Assembly: GCA_963662465.1 (NCBI GenBank)
Contig: OY759599.1
Span: 5,888,001 to 5,952,000 of the forward strand
Length of the DNA: 64,000 nt
Reading direction: 5' to 3'
Source: Desulfatiglandales bacterium
GTDB taxonomy: Bacteria > Desulfobacterota > DSM-4660 > Desulfatiglandales > Desulfatiglandaceae
Positions within the stretch are counted from its first letter, which is position 1. Each line of letters starts with the position of its first letter. The position numbers and the translations under genes are program-made. This document shows, in pieces, positions 59,639 through 64,000 of this stretch. A model generated the notes under the pieces. That model ran no database searches. It saw only the letters and a list, made by a program, of their open reading frames with translations, and was not told where the DNA came from.

Positions 59639-61252
59639 ATGCCCATCACCACTGATTACCTCGTCATCGGCAGCGGCATCGCCGGACTGCGATTTGCCCT
59701 TGATGCCGCCAAAACCGGTAGCGTGGCCATTGTGACCAAAAAAGAAAAAACGGAAGGCTCAACCAACTATGCACAGGGCGGCATTGCTTCGGTTCTGGAT
59801 CCCGATGACAGTTTTGATCTCCATATCAAGGATACCCTGACTTCGGGCGACGGCATCTGCCATGAAGATATCGTCAGGATTGTGGTAGAGGAAGGTCCCC
59901 AGCGGATTCACGAACTGGTGTCCATGGGCGTTCAGTTTTCTCAGCAGGATGGGCATAAAAACACATTTGATCTGGGTCGTGAAGGTGGACACTCCAAACG
60001 CCGAATCGTCCATACCAGGGATTTGACCGGTCGGGAGGTTGAAAAGCGTCTTCTCGAAAGAGCGGCGGATGCCGAGAACATTCAGATTTATGAAAACCAC
60101 ATGGCCATTGATTTGATCACCAAATCCACCCTGGTTCGCCGTGGCATCGTTTCAAAGCAAACGGATCAAAGCTGCTGGGGGGCCTACGTTCTGGATGTGG
60201 AAACAGGCGATATCCTGACATTCCTTTCAAGGATTACGGTCCTGTGTTCCGGCGGCGCTGGCAAGGTATACCGCTATACCAGCAACCCTGATATCGCTAC
60301 CGGGGACGGGGTCGCCATCGGGTACCGCGCCGGCGTAAAAGTGGCCAACATGGAATTCGTTCAGTTTCACCCCACTTCCCTTTATCATCCTCTGGCAAAG
60401 AATTTTCTCATCTCCGAAGCCGTGAGGGGAGAGGGGGGAATCCTTTTGGACAAAAAAGGGAAACGCTTCATGGAAGCCTACCATTCCCTAAAGGATCTGG
60501 CTTTCAGAGATGTCGTGGCCCGCTCCATTGACATGGAGCTTAAAAAAAGCGGCGATCACTGCGTTTATCTGGATATCAGCCACAAAGACAAAGATTTTAT
60601 CATCCATCGTTTTCCCCACATTTATAAAACCTGCCTGGCCTATCACATCGATATCACGGAGGAGGCGATTCCCGTAGTTCCCGCCGCCCACTATATGTGC
60701 GGCGGCCTTTTGACCGATGAACACGGGCGGACCAATATGGAGAACCTCTTTGCCATCGGTGAAGTGGCCTGCACCGGATTGCACGGCGCAAACCGGCTCG
60801 CCAGCAATTCACTCATCGAGGCCCTTGTCTTTGCCAGGCGCGCGGCTTTAAAATCCGCACGGGAATTAGCCGACAAAAAGCAGGAAGCATTTCCACGGGC
60901 CCCCGAATGGGACCCCGGCACCGCAACGGACAGCGAAGAGCTGGTGGTGGTATCCCACAACTGGGATGAGATCAGAAGGTTTATGTGGAATTATGTGGGC
61001 ATTGTAAGGACCAACAAACGTCTGGCCCGGGCTAAAAGACGAGTGGACATTATTCAGGAAGAAATTAAGGAATACTATTGGGACTTCCTCATCAGTCAGG
61101 ATCTTCTTGAGCTCCGAAATCTCGCCCTTGTAGCGGAACTCATTATCACCTGCGCCTCCCTCAGGAAAGAGAGCCGCGGGCTTCATTTCAACCTCGATTA
61201 TCCCTCCAAGGATAATAAGTTCTGGCAACAGGATACGGTTATCTGGAAATAG
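59639..61252 (+). CDS. nadB: L-aspartate oxidase
   Basis: GSGIAG, YAQGGIA, REGGHS, QFHPT, SEAVRGEG, HGANRLASNSL, ESRG.H. Confidence 0.97.
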   Translation: MPITTDYLVIGSGIAGLRFALDAAKTGSVAIVTKKEKTEGSTNYAQGGIASVLDPDDSFDLHIKDTLTSGDGICHEDIVRIVVEEGPQRIHELVSMGVQFSQQDGHKNTFDLGREGGHSKRRIVHTRDLTGREVEKRLLERAADAENIQIYENHMAIDLITKSTLVRRGIVSKQTDQSCWGAYVLDVETGDILTFLSRITVLCSGGAGKVYRYTSNPDIATGDGVAIGYRAGVKVANMEFVQFHPTSLYHPLAKNFLISEAVRGEGGILLDKKGKRFMEAYHSLKDLAFRDVVARSIDMELKKSGDHCVYLDISHKDKDFIIHRFPHIYKTCLAYHIDITEEAIPVVPAAHYMCGGLLTDEHGRTNMENLFAIGEVACTGLHGANRLASNSLIEALVFARRAALKSARELADKKQEAFPRAPEWDPGTATDSEELVVVSHNWDEIRRFMWNYVGIVRTNKRLARAKRRVDIIQEEIKEYYWDFLISQDLLELRNLALVAELIITCASLRKESRGLHFNLDYPSKDNKFWQQDTVIWK

Positions 61253-61332
61253 AACGGCAGGTCAAGACGGCAACGCTTATGGTCGTTGTTCACACAAGGC
61301 TTTTGTGTAGGTGTATACCCGTTCCCATTTAT

Positions 61333-61503
61333 CAGAACCTGAGGCGGGATTTAACGTCAGGGGCGAGGTTTTCGAGGGCAAGGAAGGGATAAAAATGGGG
61401 CTGAAAGCGTAGTCAAGCTACGGTGAAGAACCCATTTTTGTCGCTGACGCAGCCATCGGAAGCCGCAGCCGACCGCAGCAGGGATAATTTTTAAACAAGC
61501 TCT
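61333..61503. repeat. Structured intergenic element (MITE-like)
   Basis: Nested stems AAAAATGGG..GAA..CGTAG/CTACG..GAA..CCCATTTTT; imperfect ends AGAACCTG / CAAGCTCT. Confidence 0.45.
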
Positions 61504-62040
61504 AAGGTCGCAAGCCAGTTCAAATGGGTCGCAAATAGGTCGCAAATGATCCACCACGCATTTTTCCAGGAAGATCGTCAGCCAAACGTCAAAATTAGTC
61601 TTTCCAAGGGACCACCACGGCACGTTCAGTCTTGAAACGGGGCAAGGTCGCGAGGGGAAAAATCCTGTCCAAGTTTCAGATTACGCTTCAAACCATTTCA
61701 TATCTTCGGGGGAATTCCGATCTGACCAGAGCGCTATATGGGATGGCATCGCTGAAAAAGCGACCAGGATGAGCGCTTCGTCTCCCACCGCTTCAACGCT
61801 AATCAAAACTGAACCAAGTTTGCTAATGGAAATTGAACCATTGGCTGTCACCGCCGGTGAGTACGGCCCTCAGGTATAGCGGACGATGAGGGATCCATAA
61901 GTGGCGGCAAAGGAGTCGTTGATGTAGATTTACTTTTCAATAAATTTTTATAAAATCTATTTTCTTTGGATTTGGTTTTCTTCTTCCAAGACAGAGGCTT
62001 GGTTAAGTGGAAATGCGATTTACTTTGTAGAATGGATGGT

Positions 62041-62076
62041 GAAGGCCCGAAGTAGCCGCTTCGGGCCTTCTTTTTT
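62041..62076 (+). terminator. Intrinsic terminator in the IS21 leader (copy 2)
   Basis: GAAGGCCCGAAG-TAGCCG-CTTCGGGCCTTC-TTTTTT. Confidence 0.75.
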
Positions 62077-62125
62077 GACCACCGGATAGAGCCGGAAGCC
62101 ACACACACGCCAATTTTATATAAGT

Positions 62126-62569
62126 GTGTTTCCGGCCAATTGCAAGGCTGGAATGATGGGAGATGTCCTTTTAAGAGTGGTTCAATGCCGATGTTGTGGT
62201 TGCTTTTTTCACGTCTGTCGGTCGTGTTGGCGTGGCCAGGCCTATTGTGGGGAACGATGTCGCAGGATACGCCAAAGACAGCTGCACCGGAAAGCTCAGG
62301 GGAAATACCGCAATTCGAAAAAAGGGAAAGAGCGCCGTCGTTTGTACGAAAAAACAAAAAAATCCAAAAAAAATGGACTGAACCCTGGTGATGATAGTTC
62401 AACACCTCAAAAAGACTGTGATATTGAACCCAAAAAGCGGTCGGGGAACCGACCCAGCTGTCTTTTTTGCGGGTCGATCGGGGTTGTTGTGGACCATTTT
62501 CCTCGCCGTGCTTATGCAGGGAGGGTTTTTTCAGATGTAACAGGCTTTGAGAAAACCCCATATCCATGA
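62126..62569 (+). CDS. Cys-rich putative Zn-binding protein (IS21 copy 2)
   Basis: Protein identical to 7946..8389. Confidence 0.7.
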   Translation: MFPANCKAGMMGDVLLRVVQCRCCGCFFHVCRSCWRGQAYCGERCRRIRQRQLHRKAQGKYRNSKKGKERRRLYEKTKKSKKNGLNPGDDSSTPQKDCDIEPKKRSGNRPSCLFCGSIGVVVDHFPRRAYAGRVFSDVTGFEKTPYP

Positions 62570-62581
62570 CAGGAGAAAAAA

Positions 62582-63001
62582 ATGATCAAAAAAAGAGTCC
62601 TTTTTCCCGAAAGAGTGCGTGTCATCAATGGAAGCTTCGGCTTTCTGGAGCATCGTTTTTTGAGAAACGGCTTTTGGGAGAGCCTGAATCATCATGAGCT
62701 GCTGCTCTACATTTTTCTGGTGTTGGTATCTGACAAAAACGGGCTCTCTTATTATGGTTACGACAGAATCTGCCGGATTTTAAAGGTGCATTTGGATCAA
62801 TATATCGATGCCCGCGATGGCTTGTTGGACAAGGATCTGATTGGGTTTGATGGCCGTCTGTTTCAGGTTCTTTCGCTTCCCAGACGTCCTGTGATTGTGA
62901 AACAGGTAAAGGAGATCCGGCAAGGAAATTGGGTCAGTCTTGGAGAAACCATAGAGGAAATCTTTCGGGAGACTGGGTATGGAATCCATCCGAACCGTTG
63001 A
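62582..63001 (+). CDS. Winged-helix-like hypothetical protein (IS21 copy 2)
   Basis: Protein identical to 7514..7933. Confidence 0.7.
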   Translation: MIKKRVLFPERVRVINGSFGFLEHRFLRNGFWESLNHHELLLYIFLVLVSDKNGLSYYGYDRICRILKVHLDQYIDARDGLLDKDLIGFDGRLFQVLSLPRRPVIVKQVKEIRQGNWVSLGETIEEIFRETGYGIHPNR

Positions 63002-63863
63002 TATTCATTTGCTGGAGTTGCGTTACGCTCATTGCCGGATAATGAATCACCAGGCTTTAAAGCGATTGAGGGATTCCATCGAAACTTACGGGCAGATCGT
63101 TCCGGCCCTGGCTATTGAAGAAAAAGACAAACTGATTCTGATTGATGGCTACCTGCGTGTTCGAGCGCTTTGTGCTTGTGGAAAGGACCGGATATGTGTC
63201 CAATTCTCAAAAGAAAACGAACAAAATGCCATGTTTTCGCTTTTAACCAAGGCCAATGAACGGCAATGGGAAGTCATTGAGCAGTCTGTTTTACTTCAGG
63301 AATTACATCGGCGTTTTGGGTGCAGCCTCTCCCATATTGCAACCCGAATAGGGCGCGACAAGAGTTTTGTAAAACGGCGGCTGGACCTGGTTGAAGCCCT
63401 GCCGGAAAATATTTTGAGAACCGTGATTGCAGGCTCACTTTCAACCTGGGCTGCCAGCCGTGTCATGGCGCCGTTGGCGCGCGCCAACGGTGAAGACGCA
63501 CAAAAACTGTTGGCCCACCTGGAAAAAGAACCTCTATCCACAAGGGAACTGGCCCGTTTCTACGCACATTACCAGAAAAGCAACCGGTCTGTTCGAGACC
63601 ACATGCTGGAAAATCCATCCCTTTTCATAAAAGTTCTCGAACAAAGAACCCAGTCTAAACAAGCCAAAGAAGTTCATGATGGACCGGAAGGCAAATGGTT
63701 CAAGGATATTGAAATGGCATATGCGGTTCTCAAACGTCTGGTGAAAACCGTTTCGCATGTCCATTACCCAAAAAGCGATCAGTTGAAGAAACAAACGCTC
63801 AAAACCTGGGTGAAAAAGATAGAAAAACAAGCACTGGAACTCAAGAAAGCGACCCAATTATGA
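62979..63863 (+). CDS. ParB-like protein (IS21 copy 2)
   Basis: Differs from copy 1 at two residues (ASHVM/ASRVM, EMVYA/EMAYA). Confidence 0.9.
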   Translation: MESIRTVDIHLLELRYAHCRIMNHQALKRLRDSIETYGQIVPALAIEEKDKLILIDGYLRVRALCACGKDRICVQFSKENEQNAMFSLLTKANERQWEVIEQSVLLQELHRRFGCSLSHIATRIGRDKSFVKRRLDLVEALPENILRTVIAGSLSTWAASRVMAPLARANGEDAQKLLAHLEKEPLSTRELARFYAHYQKSNRSVRDHMLENPSLFIKVLEQRTQSKQAKEVHDGPEGKWFKDIEMAYAVLKRLVKTVSHVHYPKSDQLKKQTLKTWVKKIEKQALELKKATQL

Positions 63864-64000
63864 TCCGACAATCCAAAAAAGATGCCATTGTGGAATTGAA
63901 AAAAACCGGCATGAGTTTGCGCGACATCGCCAAAACCCTGAAGGCCGGTCGCAATACCGTCACGAAGGTTTTAGATGATCATGACGAAGAGGCGGTACCC
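63860..64000 (+). CDS. istA: IstA N-terminus (partial, window edge)
   Basis: MIRQSKKDAIVELKKTGMSLRDIAK..., as in copy 1. Confidence 0.92.
   Translation, partial: MIRQSKKDAIVELKKTGMSLRDIAKTLKAGRNTVTKVLDDHDEEAVP

Larger units (their letters stand above)
61789..64000 (+). mobile_element. Extended IS21-family element, copy 2 (inverted relative to copy 1; runs off the window)
   Basis: Near-identical reverse complement of ~6515-8726; begins CGCTTCAACGCTAATCAAAACTGAACC. Confidence 0.93.

Noticed and set aside
1..64000. DGR template repeat or reverse transcriptase, integron integrase, tRNA and rRNA genes
   Set aside because: Looked for by eye and not found: no AAC-rich copy of the VR, no YxDD RT ORF, no tyrosine recombinase, no tRNA- or rRNA-like sequence.

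Overview
This window looks like a deltaproteobacterial (Desulfobacterota-like) chromosome segment; that assignment is inferred from gene content only. It has four parts. (1) 1-16 kb is a mobile-element hotspot. A large serine recombinase element appears to be integrated in domain V of a group II intron, and a 557-bp insertion with an 8-bp target duplication sits inside that element. An amidase gene is broken by an ISAzo13-type IS and by an unusual IS21-family element carrying Cys-rich, winged-helix, ParB-like and small RHH-like genes around istAB. An integron cassette array with no integrase follows (4 intact attC sites; exonuclease-BRCT, BrnT/BrnA and MqsR/MqsA cargo). (2) 16-29 kb holds a porin plus ABC importer operon, dnaE, argF and neighbours. 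(3) 29-38 kb is a cell-surface locus: TPR/beta-barrel, FecR with a Thr-rich tail, a DUF1566 protein that looks like an orphan diversity-generating retroelement (DGR) target followed by a truncated MutS-I-like ORF, and a beta-helix protein. (4) 38-61 kb is housekeeping (mtnA, tilS, mtgA, mazG, ftsH, folP, coaX, mfd, tex, nadB), with a PrlF/YhaV toxin-antitoxin pair and three heptamer-repeat miniature elements. A second, near-identical, inverted copy of the ParB-carrying IS21 element starts at ~61.8 kb. No rRNA, tRNA or CRISPR array was seen. All calls are by-eye motif recognition; no database search was run.
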